DNA from: an uncultured delta proteobacterium
GTDB taxonomy: Bacteria > Desulfobacterota > Desulfobacteria > Desulfobacterales > SG8-13
Length of the DNA stretch: 64,000 nt
Assembly (NCBI GenBank): GCA_963848135.1
Contig: CAWKCK010000007.1
Location: 68,121-132,120, forward strand
Direction of reading: 5' to 3'
This document shows positions 10,269 through 20,275 of this stretch, one piece after another (the first letter of the stretch is position 1; each line of letters starts with the position of its first letter). The position numbers were made by a program, and so were the translations under genes. The notes below the pieces were generated by a model, which was not told the origin of the DNA, searched no databases, and saw only the letters and a program-made list of their open reading frames with translations.

Positions 10269-11719
10269 CACCAAAGAAAGAAATCAGCCCCATGAACACG
10301 ATTCGCCCGGAAGAATATACATCCAGGGCCCGCGAGGCCCTCAAAGACCCGGTATTGCAAAAAGCCCTAGCGGATTTCCAGGATCGTTTGGGCAAGGGAA
10401 CCGCACGGGCCTATCGCGAACTGCCTGAAGGTCTCGGCCTACGCCAAACCGCCCATGCCATCCGCATGCAGGCTGTTGAAAACCTGGACATCCTTCTGGA
10501 AACCCTGGTGGAAAACATCCGTGAAAATGGCGGCCGCGTTATATTTGCGGAGGACGCCCTTGCGGCGGTAGCGGCCTGCATCGAAATCGCCCGCAAGCAC
10601 AATGTCAAACGGGTCGTTAAAGGTAAATCAATGGTCACCGAGGAGATCGGGCTGAACCCGGCGTTAGAGGCTGAGGGCATCGAGGTGACCGAAACCGACC
10701 TGGGGGAATACATCGTGCAACTGGCCGGAGAGTCTCCCTCCCACATCATCGCTCCGGCCATTCACAAAACCAGGGATCAGGTGGGCCGGCTCTTCGCCGA
10801 GAAACTAGGTATACCCTATACCAGCGACCCGCCGACATTGACCCGGGCGGCCCGCAAGGCACTGCGGCAGAAGTTCCTGGCCGCCGACATGGGCATTTCC
10901 GGCTGCAACATGGCCTGCGCCGAAACCGGCCACATCACGACGGTATCAAATGAAGGCAACATCCGTATGGCCACCACTCTGCCACGAGTGCATGTGGCCT
11001 TCATGGGCATGGAACGGGTCACCGCGCGCCTGGAAGATCACGATGTTCTCTTCAGACTGCTTGCCCGCGGCGCCGCGGCCCAGCACATGGCGGGCTATGT
11101 CTCCTATATTGGCGGACCACGCAAGAAGGATCAGGTAGACGGTCCCGACGACTTCTACTTGATCATCATCGACAATGGCCGATCGAAAATTCTGGCCGAC
11201 CCCGAATTTCGAGAAATCCTGTGCTGTATTCGCTGTGCGGCATGCTTGAACGTCTGCCCCGTCTATGGCAAGATCGGTGGTCACTCTTACGGCTCCGCCT
11301 ATTCCGGGCCGGTGGGCGCTGTGGTTACGCCACTGCTGGTCGGCATCGACCGCGCCAAGGATCTGTTTCTGGGAGAAACTCTCTGCGGGGCCTGCAAGGA
11401 TGCTTGCCCGGTCGACATCGACCTGCCGCGAATGCTGCTGGCCTTGCGTGCCCGTCTTGTCACCGGCGATCCGGCCTGGCAGAGTGGCGGAGGCCGCCGT
11501 GGGGAAGAAGTGTTCTACAGCGCTTGGTCGGCTGCGATCAGAAACCACCGACTATACGAGGTTTTTCAGCGAATAGCGGGCCTGACGCAAAAAGCCCTGA
11601 CCGGTAGCAACGGCATGATTCACAGCCTTCCCTACCCCTTCAACGGATGGACCCGCAGCCGTGATCTTAAGCCTCTGGCGGCAAAATCATTTCTATCCCG
11701 CTGGAAGGAAATTCGATGA
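10265..11719 (+). CDS. lutB: L-lactate utilisation protein B/LldF (Fe-S subunit)
   Basis: KGKSMVTEE, ETDLGEYI, SHIIAPAIH, CIRCAACLNVCP and CGACKDACP motifs. Confidence 0.95.
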   Translation: MTPKKEISPMNTIRPEEYTSRAREALKDPVLQKALADFQDRLGKGTARAYRELPEGLGLRQTAHAIRMQAVENLDILLETLVENIRENGGRVIFAEDALAAVAACIEIARKHNVKRVVKGKSMVTEEIGLNPALEAEGIEVTETDLGEYIVQLAGESPSHIIAPAIHKTRDQVGRLFAEKLGIPYTSDPPTLTRAARKALRQKFLAADMGISGCNMACAETGHITTVSNEGNIRMATTLPRVHVAFMGMERVTARLEDHDVLFRLLARGAAAQHMAGYVSYIGGPRKKDQVDGPDDFYLIIIDNGRSKILADPEFREILCCIRCAACLNVCPVYGKIGGHSYGSAYSGPVGAVVTPLLVGIDRAKDLFLGETLCGACKDACPVDIDLPRMLLALRARLVTGDPAWQSGGGRRGEEVFYSAWSAAIRNHRLYEVFQRIAGLTQKALTGSNGMIHSLPYPFNGWTRSRDLKPLAAKSFLSRWKEIR

Positions 11720-12489
11720 GCACCCAGGCTGCTTTCATCGCCAAGGTGACCGCTGCTTTGGGAAATCTTGGACGACCGTCAGACAGGCGCCAGGCACTTT
11801 TTCATCCCACCAGACCAGACTCAATCGGAAAGAGCCTCAGGCGAATCCCTGCACGGACGTCGACCGAACAGCTGGAGTTACTAAGCCAGCTTATCGAGCA
11901 GGGCAAACCGCTTAACCTTCGGGTCATTACAAAGAAAAACACCGCCGACACCGCCACAGCCATTGCCGAACTTGTCGGTAAAAAATCTCCCGAATGGGGA
12001 GGTCCAAAATTCGTTGTCGCCTGGCAACATCCACTGATCGAGGCGCTCGACCTAGCGCCCCTTCTGGCCGCCCGCCAAGTGACGTATTCCGCTAAGGTAC
12101 CGAGAACCGAGGGGGCCGTAGCCGAGAAAAGAGCAACAACACTCCACCGGCTTGCAACCGCCTTTGTCGGCATCACTTCGCCAGATTATTGCCTGGCCGA
12201 AACCGCTACCCTCGTTCTCAAAACCCGCCCCGCCTGCGCCAGGGCCGTTTCACTGCTGCCGACCATCCATGTAGCGGTCATCGAACTGAGGCAGGTCATC
12301 GAAAACCTGGCGGAGCTTTTTGCCCGGCTTAAATCCGATTCCAAGGAACCGATTTCCGAACTAGGTAACTGTTTGACGCTGATCACCGGCCCCAGCAAGA
12401 CCGCCGACATTGAACTGACGATGGTTCACGGAGCCCATGGCCCCCGCGAACTCTATCTTTACGTTATCGCTCCTGAAGCATTTGAATAA
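11716..12489 (+). CDS. lutC: L-lactate utilisation protein C/LldG
   Basis: LAETATLV and ITGPSKTADIE...GAHGPREL motifs. Confidence 0.92.
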   Translation: MSTQAAFIAKVTAALGNLGRPSDRRQALFHPTRPDSIGKSLRRIPARTSTEQLELLSQLIEQGKPLNLRVITKKNTADTATAIAELVGKKSPEWGGPKFVVAWQHPLIEALDLAPLLAARQVTYSAKVPRTEGAVAEKRATTLHRLATAFVGITSPDYCLAETATLVLKTRPACARAVSLLPTIHVAVIELRQVIENLAELFARLKSDSKEPISELGNCLTLITGPSKTADIELTMVHGAHGPRELYLYVIAPEAFE

Positions 12490-12517
12490 CGTGAGACGTA
12501 TCTTTTTTTCGACATCC

Positions 12518-12550
12518 ACCCTGCGATCGGCCGATCCGGTTGCAGGGAAA
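12518..12550. terminator. GC-rich hairpin after lutC
   Basis: CCCTGCGATCGG-CCGAT-CCGGTTGCAGGG followed by AAAA. Confidence 0.5.
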
Positions 12551-12664
12551 ATCCTTGACCCCGCCGCCGGCCTTGGTTATTTCTAACCTGGAACGAGCGG
12601 CATTATCCTTCTTCAACCGCTTCCGCTAAACCGGTGTCGCCCGGCATCCGATTCTTCCGCACCG

Positions 12665-13906
12665 GTGCAGCCATCGAGGTCCGGCATGCAAAATTTCAAT
12701 CCCGAACAAGCCCTGTGGGAAGCCCAGCGTGAGTTTGGCGAACACGGTGGTGTCACGCCTTCGATTTCGCGATCTTCCACATTTACGGTCATGGATCCGC
12801 GGATCATGCCCGAGATTTTCGAGGGATTGCGGGGACCGGATAAAGACGGCTGCTTTCTCTACAGCCGCCACTTCAATCCCACTGTGGATGTATTGGCCCG
12901 CTATCTGGCCGCTATGGAAGGCACCGAAAGCGCGGTTTGCACAGCCAGCGGCATGGCCGCCATATCGTGCACTCTCTTGCAGCTTTGCAACGACGGCGAT
13001 CACATCGTTGCCAGCGACACGGTCTACGGCGGCACACACGCCCTGCTGCGAGAGTTACTCCCCTCCATGGGGATTAAAACGACTTTCGTGGATCCGACTG
13101 ACCCTCAGTCCTTCGAAGCGGCCCTGACCGAAAACACGCGCGCCATATACACCGAGGCGGTCGGCAACCCCACTTTGAAGATCGCCGATATTGCCGCCCT
13201 GTCCCGGCTGGCTGAAACCCACGACGTGACACTGGTGGTGGACAATACCTTCACACCGGTCATCATATCGCCAGCTCATCTGGGTGCTCACATTGTCGTG
13301 CACTCACTGACCAAATTCGTCAACGGTGCCAGTGACGCCATCGCCGGTGCTATCTGCGCCGATAAAGCCTTTGTCCGACAATTGATGGATCTTCATACTG
13401 GAAGAGTTATGCTACTGGGGCCGACCATGGATCCGCGCGTGGCCTATGACATCATTCAGAGACTGCCCCACCTCCCTCTACGAATGCGTGAACATGGTGC
13501 CCGGGCAATGATATTCGCGGCGAGGCTCCATGAAATGGGCGTCCGCGTATCATATCCCGGTCTGCCGAATCACCCGCAGTACCGTCTTATGAGTCGCAGC
13601 ATCAATGAAGGCTACGGTTACGGCGGCATGTTGACCATAGACTGCCTCACCCGGGAGAAAGCCGAAGACCTGATGGATATTCTGCAAAACAAGGAACGTT
13701 TCGGATTTATAGCGGTGTCCTTGGGATATTATGATACACTGCTCTCCTGCTCAAGCTCATCGACCTCCTCGGAAGTTCCACCGGAAGACCAAAACAAAAT
13801 CGGTTTGTCTCCCGGTCTTGTGCGGGTTTCGGTCGGCCTGACCGGGAGCCTGATCGCACGTCTGGAACAGCTCGAAAGAGCCGTGATGAAGGTGGGACTG
13901 GTATAA
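12665..13906 (+). CDS. Cys/Met-metabolism PLP enzyme, methionine gamma-lyase-like (plant-type N-terminus)
   Basis: EFGEHGGV, YSRHFNPT, ASGMAAI, YGGT, VDNTF and HSLTKF (PLP-Lys) motifs; VRVSVG. Confidence 0.9.
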   Translation: MQPSRSGMQNFNPEQALWEAQREFGEHGGVTPSISRSSTFTVMDPRIMPEIFEGLRGPDKDGCFLYSRHFNPTVDVLARYLAAMEGTESAVCTASGMAAISCTLLQLCNDGDHIVASDTVYGGTHALLRELLPSMGIKTTFVDPTDPQSFEAALTENTRAIYTEAVGNPTLKIADIAALSRLAETHDVTLVVDNTFTPVIISPAHLGAHIVVHSLTKFVNGASDAIAGAICADKAFVRQLMDLHTGRVMLLGPTMDPRVAYDIIQRLPHLPLRMREHGARAMIFAARLHEMGVRVSYPGLPNHPQYRLMSRSINEGYGYGGMLTIDCLTREKAEDLMDILQNKERFGFIAVSLGYYDTLLSCSSSSTSSEVPPEDQNKIGLSPGLVRVSVGLTGSLIARLEQLERAVMKVGLV

Positions 13907-13917
13907 ATGCCGTCCCT

Positions 13918-14943
13918 TTGTCAGAGGATCTGACCCGCAGGTTAATAATTCTGATGGAATCCAAGCGTCAAGACATTTTTCGAGACATCGTCGGCGAAAG
14001 CGCATCGATGATAGAAATATTTGACATCATCGAACGTATTGCCGACAGCGACACAACGATCATTATCAATGGAGAAACCGGTACCGGTAAAGGCGTAATC
14101 GCCAGAGCCATTCATCAGCGTTCGCACCGATATAAAGGTCCCTTCGTTCAGATCAACTGCGGCGCAATATCCGAAGGACTTCTGGAAAGCGAATTGTTCG
14201 GCCATGTCAAAGGTGCCTTTACCGGCGCCCTGTCCGATAAACCGGGTAAATTCGAACAAGCCCGGGGAGGTACTATATTTCTGGATGAAATCGGTGACAT
14301 GAGCCCGGATTTGCAGATCAAAGTCCTACGCGTACTGGAAGAAAACGAATTCGAACGGGTCGGCGGACTGCAGACCATCAAAGCTGATGTCAGGATCATC
14401 GCCGCCACCCATCGCGACCTGGAAGAGGAAGTCCAGAAAGGCAACTTCCGCGAAGATCTATTTTACCGCTTGTATGTCATTCCGGTGGTTCTCGCTCCCT
14501 TGAAGAAACGTAAATCAGACATTCCGCTGCTGATCTCTTATTTTATGGAAAATATCAGTCAGGCCAAGGGGCGCAAACCGGCTGAAATAGCTCCTGAAAC
14601 ATTGACGCACCTGCTCAACCACCAATGGCCCGGAAACGTGAGGGAGTTGCGGAACCTCATCGAACGGTTGGTGGTATTGAATGAAAGCGGAACGATTCAA
14701 CCCGGAGAGCTGCCGGAGAATATCCGGGGCATTAACCGTCCGGTGCTTCAGCCGCAGTTTGAAATCCATGCCGACGGCCTCGATTTCAACATGGCGGTCA
14801 CCGAGTATGAAAAGGAACTGATTCTCCAGGCCCTGGAAAAAACCAACTGGGTGAAAAACAGGGCCGCGGAATTGTTGCAGATCAAGCGGACCACCCTGGT
14901 TGAAAAAATTAAGCGTTACCGAATAGACAAAGAAAACAAGTAA
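13918..14943 (+). CDS. Sigma-54-dependent activator (AAA+ plus Fis HTH) with no N-terminal sensory domain
   Basis: GETGTGK, ESELFGHVKGAFTGA, FLDEIG, FREDLFYRL, WPGNVREL; C-terminal NRAAELLQIKRTTL HTH. The start codon is uncertain (13918 or ~13954). Confidence 0.9.
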   Translation: MSEDLTRRLIILMESKRQDIFRDIVGESASMIEIFDIIERIADSDTTIIINGETGTGKGVIARAIHQRSHRYKGPFVQINCGAISEGLLESELFGHVKGAFTGALSDKPGKFEQARGGTIFLDEIGDMSPDLQIKVLRVLEENEFERVGGLQTIKADVRIIAATHRDLEEEVQKGNFREDLFYRLYVIPVVLAPLKKRKSDIPLLISYFMENISQAKGRKPAEIAPETLTHLLNHQWPGNVRELRNLIERLVVLNESGTIQPGELPENIRGINRPVLQPQFEIHADGLDFNMAVTEYEKELILQALEKTNWVKNRAAELLQIKRTTLVEKIKRYRIDKENK

Positions 14944-14999
14944 AGACCCCTTCGGCGTCGTCTTGGAGATGGTCCTCTTGCCGGCGGTTCGGTTTTATT

Positions 15000-16178
15000 T
15001 TGGAGGCATTTATGAATAGCGTTGATATTCTTTTTGTTGACGATGACAAAGCGATTCTGAGCATGGTGGAGAGATACCTGACGCGAGAAGGATACCCGGT
15101 GCAGTTGATCGACAGCGGTAGAAAGGCTCTCGAACTGTTAAAGAAAAAGCATTTCGACATCGTCTTCACGGACTTTAAAATGCCTGAATTCGACGGTATA
15201 GAGCTGTTGTCGGCAATCAAGGAGTATCGACCGGAAACCGAGGTTGTCATCGTTACCGGCCACGGAACCATGGAAACGGCTATAAGAGCCATGAAAATCG
15301 GCAGCTACGATTATCTCCAGAAGCCGTTCAAACTGGATTTACTGAAAATGATAGTGGACCGGATCGCCGAGGAAAAGCACCTCAAAGATGAAAGAGCCGT
15401 GTTGAAAACCAGGGTCAAGGAAAGGCACCGCTACGATGCACTGGTCGGGATCAGCCTCCGGATGCAGGAAATCTTTGAGAGTATCGACCGCATGAAGAGC
15501 AGCAGCCCCAACGTGTTGATAACCGGTGAAAGCGGCACCGGTAAAGAGCTGGCCGCCCGGGTCATTCACCGTAACAGCGATCGGGGCCGGCATCCATTCA
15601 TTCCGATCACTTGCCGGACTTTCCTTAAGGATCTGTCCGGGGATGAAGTGATATATTACCTGTCCCAGCTGCTCGATTCTTCCGACGGAGGGACCCTGTA
15701 TCTGGATGAGATTACCGATATCGCCCCACCGGTTCAAGGAGAATTCGTCCGGGCACTAAATCCGGTGGCAGCCGCCACCGGTCAATCGAAAACCCGCCGC
15801 GAATACAGCATCCGGGTGATCGGCGCGACCAGCAAAGACCTCAAAAACGCCGTCGAAGGAGAATTGATACGCCGGAATTTTTTCAATTTTGTAAACGCTG
15901 TCGCCGTAAACATGCCGCCCCTAAGAGATCGCAAGGAAGATATCTGCCTGCTGATCAACCATTTTCTGCATACATACAACTTGAAACACACCCGTCAGGT
16001 GTTTACGGTTGCGCCGGACGCTTTGTCCTATCTACTGCGGTACCATTGGCCGGGAAACGTCATCCAGTTGGAAACCGTCATCGAAAGGGCTTTTGCCCTG
16101 GGTGTGGACACCGTCATCGAAATCTCAGACCTGCCGGCGGAGATTAAAACCTTCGGCGATATATCGAAAATGGGCTGA
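15000..16178 (+). CDS. Response regulator with degenerate sigma-54 AAA+ domain (no GAFTGA, no HTH)
   Basis: REC domain (VDDD, TDFKMP), GESGTGKE, LYLDEI and WPGNVIQL. The GAFTGA loop is absent and the protein ends just after the AAA domain. Confidence 0.85.
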   Translation: MEAFMNSVDILFVDDDKAILSMVERYLTREGYPVQLIDSGRKALELLKKKHFDIVFTDFKMPEFDGIELLSAIKEYRPETEVVIVTGHGTMETAIRAMKIGSYDYLQKPFKLDLLKMIVDRIAEEKHLKDERAVLKTRVKERHRYDALVGISLRMQEIFESIDRMKSSSPNVLITGESGTGKELAARVIHRNSDRGRHPFIPITCRTFLKDLSGDEVIYYLSQLLDSSDGGTLYLDEITDIAPPVQGEFVRALNPVAAATGQSKTRREYSIRVIGATSKDLKNAVEGELIRRNFFNFVNAVAVNMPPLRDRKEDICLLINHFLHTYNLKHTRQVFTVAPDALSYLLRYHWPGNVIQLETVIERAFALGVDTVIEISDLPAEIKTFGDISKMG

Positions 16179-16207
16179 ATCTGACTTCGATTTTGAGGTG
16201 ACTTCTA

Positions 16208-16366
16208 CCTGAGTTGAGCGATTTTTGAGGAAGCGATGTGCTGAGTTCTTGTTCATCAAGGGCCTGCGCCAACCGCAGGCATACCCATGGCTATGTCGAG
16301 GATTGGCACAAGCCCTTGATGGGCAATAGATGGGTGCAGCGCGAGTCAAAAATCGCTCAAATTAGG
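16208..16366. repeat. Palindromic MITE/REP-like element
   Basis: Terminal IR CCTGAGTTGAGCGATTTTTGA / TCAAAAATCGCTCAAATTAGG (19/21); inner IR CATCAAGGGC/GCCCTTGATG; central hairpin GCCTGCG-CCAAC-CGCAGGC. Confidence 0.8.
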
Positions 16367-16406
16367 TTCTAGCGTCAAGAAACATTCAACCCGAAAGGAG
16401 GCCAAA

Positions 16407-16826
16407 ATGGAGGCGTGTATTTTCTGCAAAATTGTAAGGGGCGAAATCCCGTGTATCAAAATATTCGAAGATGATAAAGTGTTGTCGTTCGCCGATATCA
16501 ACCCCATCATTACGGGGCATGTACTGATCATTCCCAAGAATCATGCCGAGACCATCTGGGAAATCGATGCCGATGATCTGGTGGCCATTCACCGGTCATC
16601 CTTGAAGATTTCCCGGGCAATGAAAACAGCGCTCAAACCAGACGGCATCGCCTTTTTGCAGCTCAACGGCAAGGCCGTCAACCAGGTCGTCCCACATTAC
16701 CACCTGCACCTGATACCCCGTAAATCCAGTGACCCAAAATTGACGATGACCGAATGGAAGCTTGTGCCGGGTGACATGAAAACCATCGCAGATACGGCTC
16801 AAAAAATAACCTCAGCGATGAAATGA
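16407..16826 (+). CDS. HIT family nucleotide hydrolase
   Basis: CIFCKIV start and histidine triad VPHYHLHLIP; SD GGAGG. Confidence 0.95.
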   Translation: MEACIFCKIVRGEIPCIKIFEDDKVLSFADINPIITGHVLIIPKNHAETIWEIDADDLVAIHRSSLKISRAMKTALKPDGIAFLQLNGKAVNQVVPHYHLHLIPRKSSDPKLTMTEWKLVPGDMKTIADTAQKITSAMK

Positions 16827-16886
16827 CTCCGGCAAGTCGGGATTTGATTTTAACAGCCTGTTAAAAGCGGTACAGAAATATTCGCG

Positions 16887-19064
16887 TTAGACCGTTTCCT
16901 CTACGGTGGTGGTACCCTTCTCTTCACTGACACCGACGACTTCGGCCGCAACCAAATCCCCCCAATCCTCTCTGTACATGCCTTTTCGAACGATTTCGAA
17001 CATCACGAGCAACAGGTCGTTAACGGGCAGGGTTAGCGAGGATTCGGAAAACCGTTTTATCAGCCGTGCATCTCTTTCAGAAGCTTTTTTGAGCGTCTCC
17101 AGGGTACTGAGCAGTTTGAATCCCTGAGCGCTTCCCTTATGCTCAGACGCGACCCACTTCTCTTTGAGTTGGGTTATCTTGTGGCGCGGTGCGACAATCA
17201 GGGCCCGGCGGATCTTATCATTGTTAAGGACTTTTTGCTGTTTGACGATGCGGACAATGCGTCGGTCGAGGGTCTCCTTTTCATCCCTTATTTCCTGACC
17301 GAGCATGGATTGAATGCTGTTGGTCAGGTCGATCTTAACCATTTTTAGAATGTCTTCTTTTTCATTGAATTTTTTCCTGATTTCAGCTTGAGCGCTGTGC
17401 CAGAACATCCGGCTGGCATTTTTGAAGAGCTCGATCTGGGTCGCAGCATTGTCCATATTTTTAAGCATCAATGACTTGATCCCGATGATCAGCTTGCCGG
17501 TTTGGTCGTAAAGACGCTCGCCGGTAATAATTTCATAGGCGATCGCTACCGCTGCGTGCAAGTCCTGGAGGTGTAAGATGCGGGCAGCATCCCGAAAACA
17601 GGTCGCCAGCGCTATATTGGGAATCAGGTGCGACGGTGTGGCATAGTTGGGTGTTCCCCCCAGAATCGGTTGCGGGACCTGATTTCCTGCCGCGGCACTG
17701 TATACCACGGCTGTTTCCACATCTATCAGACCGATCGAGTAGTCCGAAATCGCATCGAGAAATTCCGGATACCTGGTCTTGTCTCCAGCGATCAGAAGAT
17801 TGTCGGGTTTCATGTCACGCATGGCAACGCCTTTGTTCCGCAACCAGGCAACCAGATCGAGCAAGTTTGTCACCAGACCGGCAATCTGATGGTTGTTCTG
17901 GCTGACGGTCACCGCCTGAACACAGCCCCGGATTGTCCGGCGATAGCCGTTAACGATATCCTTGTGTTCAGTAAAAGTATTCCGTAACAGTTGGTTGACC
18001 TTTTCGATAGCATCCGGTTTCAGATCCTTTTCTCCGACCTCGAGTTCTCTTCCGGACAGGTGGATCAGAAACCACTTTTGCAGGGTAAACCGAGGCAGTT
18101 TGTACTTTCCTGCTTTTTTCAACACCCGGCCGGATTGTTCTTCGAACCTTTTGAAAACCGCTCGGACGGCATCTATCTCCTCATCGTTCTCCTCTGCGTA
18201 GCGGCCTTCAAAGCCGTGGTTCTCCCAAATCACATCCGGATACCCGACAATTTCCTGGTAAACCTTGTTTGACAGGTCGTGGACGTCGTTGATGATATGG
18301 CTGAGGAAAAAATAGCGGGATAAATCCATTACAAACACGTATGAATTGCCAATTTTCAGATGGCCCTGGAACGACGGATACTTTCTTAACCAATCGAGAT
18401 ACTTGTCTTCCAATTCGGCTGGCGTCAGCTTCTTCCCTTCCGAAAAGGGATGAATGATTCGCATCACCGCAGATACCGTTGGAACGATACACTCTCGTGG
18501 TGCGACCCTTCGGACAATTCGGTGGTCAGACTCGATGGCGGATATGTAAGCGGCAAAGTTCGTAATCGGTTTCTGAAGGATCTTGACGATGTAATGATCA
18601 TCGTAGATGACATGAAAACATTTGCTCCGGCTGGTACTGTCGTCCCCGGCAAGTCCGATTGTCATCCGCCGGGAGACCCATTGCTTGTTATGAAACACCT
18701 GCAGTTCATATGTTTTTTTCGGACTGCCGGCCGCGGCATCCAACGCCATGAATTTAGATTTGGCTTCCTTGGGCTCACCGAGCTGTACCTTAAATATTCT
18801 CAGGAAGAACGCAACAATGTCATCCTGTTCGATCTGCGCGACTTCCCCGATTGGCTCTAACATTTCTCCGGTAATCGTTTCAGGAGCCTCTTGTTCTTCC
18901 TTCACCGCTTGTGGGGGTTTTCGACGTTTTGACAAGACCAGAAGAATCAGAAGCAGAACGGCCCCCAGCGCGGCCAGAACCACAACTCCGGTGTGGTCAC
19001 CTGTCACCGGAACCTTGGCCAGGAGCTGATCGATCTCTTTGAATTTTTCGATAAATTTATCCAT
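16887..19064 (-). CDS. Membrane-anchored protein-kinase-like hypothetical protein
   Basis: N-terminal TM (VVVLAALGAVLLLILLVL); catalytic-loop-like MRDMKPDNLLI, IDVET (DFG-equivalent), GTPNYATP and DLHAA. Confidence 0.7.
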   Translation of the reverse strand: MDKFIEKFKEIDQLLAKVPVTGDHTGVVVLAALGAVLLLILLVLSKRRKPPQAVKEEQEAPETITGEMLEPIGEVAQIEQDDIVAFFLRIFKVQLGEPKEAKSKFMALDAAAGSPKKTYELQVFHNKQWVSRRMTIGLAGDDSTSRSKCFHVIYDDHYIVKILQKPITNFAAYISAIESDHRIVRRVAPRECIVPTVSAVMRIIHPFSEGKKLTPAELEDKYLDWLRKYPSFQGHLKIGNSYVFVMDLSRYFFLSHIINDVHDLSNKVYQEIVGYPDVIWENHGFEGRYAEENDEEIDAVRAVFKRFEEQSGRVLKKAGKYKLPRFTLQKWFLIHLSGRELEVGEKDLKPDAIEKVNQLLRNTFTEHKDIVNGYRRTIRGCVQAVTVSQNNHQIAGLVTNLLDLVAWLRNKGVAMRDMKPDNLLIAGDKTRYPEFLDAISDYSIGLIDVETAVVYSAAAGNQVPQPILGGTPNYATPSHLIPNIALATCFRDAARILHLQDLHAAVAIAYEIITGERLYDQTGKLIIGIKSLMLKNMDNAATQIELFKNASRMFWHSAQAEIRKKFNEKEDILKMVKIDLTNSIQSMLGQEIRDEKETLDRRIVRIVKQQKVLNNDKIRRALIVAPRHKITQLKEKWVASEHKGSAQGFKLLSTLETLKKASERDARLIKRFSESSLTLPVNDLLLVMFEIVRKGMYREDWGDLVAAEVVGVSEEKGTTTVEETV

Positions 19065-19317
19065 AAATCACAGATAGTTATTATGTTAGCAAACACAACC
19101 CGCCGACTGCGCCGAAGATGTAATACTCTTTAAAAATAACAATATCAGGTAATTATACAGCGAATTACCCACGGGATCAATGGTAATCTATCTCCGCTGA
19201 GTGAGATTGTCACCCATCAATCGTTTCGGTCCGGCTGATTTGCTTCTTATCTGATGATTCTTGTATATTTAACCAAGGTGCGGTAATTGAAAAACATTGG
19301 GAGGTTCGGTTGTATCA

Positions 19318-19626
19318 ATGAACAAATTACGCAAATTCTACGGTACTGAGGTTTTTCGTTACGCGTTCTGGATGGTTCTGATCGTCCTGCTTATTCTGGC
19401 CAACTGGGCACTGATGTCGGGCAGTGCCCTCCTTCTGCTGGTGGTGTCAGCAACCGGCATTGTATTCTCCACCTTAAGCATTTACATCGAACGACTCAAC
19501 TTCAAACACGGCGATATCGTCGAACCGGCTTACACAAACCGTGTTATCAGGCAGATTGCCTTGCTGACCGTCAGCCTTGGCCTCTGCGTGCTGGCTATTA
19601 TTCTGATATCTGGGATCTTGAACTGA
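19318..19626 (+). CDS. Small hypothetical membrane protein (about 3 TM)
   Basis: Hydrophobic segments; SD GGAGG upstream of ATG 19318. Confidence 0.6.
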   Translation: MNKLRKFYGTEVFRYAFWMVLIVLLILANWALMSGSALLLLVVSATGIVFSTLSIYIERLNFKHGDIVEPAYTNRVIRQIALLTVSLGLCVLAIILISGILN

Positions 19627-19703
19627 TGCAGCCAAGGGCTTACCTTGCCAAGTGTACCATTTACTTCCCGAAAGCGACCTGAACAAATTGCGAAGGGGTG
19701 CCG

Positions 19704-20228
19704 ATGGCAAAGCTTTCCGACAACCTGGCGCACAACCGCCAGTCAGAAGACCCGAACCTTTTTACGGGACCGCATACGGTTGAATCCAATGATTGGATTG
19801 ACACGGCACCTTTTGGACGACTGCTTCACCTGAAAATTATCGAGGCAAACAACGGCACGGCAGTGCTAACCATGCCCTTTCTTTTCGATTTCGCCCAAGG
19901 CAGTGGATTTATGCACGGCGGCGCCCTGGTAAGCCTGGCAGATACGGCCACGGTTATGGCTATAAAAAGCCTGGTCCCAGAGGGGACGCACTTTGCGACC
20001 ATTTCCCTGAAAACGAATTTTCTCTATCCCGTGAAGAGAGGTATCATCACTGCCAAGGCTCGCGTGACGGCGCATCGGAAAAACCACCTTTACGGCCGAG
20101 TGACGATTTTCAATCAGGAGGATCGACCCGTCTTGGAATTCAGGGCCACCTTCAAAATAGGTAAAAACAGAGAGATCAAAGCCGGTAGCCGTCCAACCGT
20201 CAAAAACCCGGCAGAGCGCTCCGATTGA
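19704..20228 (+). CDS. PaaI family thioesterase
   Basis: FMHGGALVSLADTA hotdog-fold motif. Confidence 0.9.
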   Translation: MAKLSDNLAHNRQSEDPNLFTGPHTVESNDWIDTAPFGRLLHLKIIEANNGTAVLTMPFLFDFAQGSGFMHGGALVSLADTATVMAIKSLVPEGTHFATISLKTNFLYPVKRGIITAKARVTAHRKNHLYGRVTIFNQEDRPVLEFRATFKIGKNREIKAGSRPTVKNPAERSD

Positions 20229-20275
20229 AGCCGCACCGGTGTAGATCACGGTGGAGAACATCACAGGTTAGCCCG

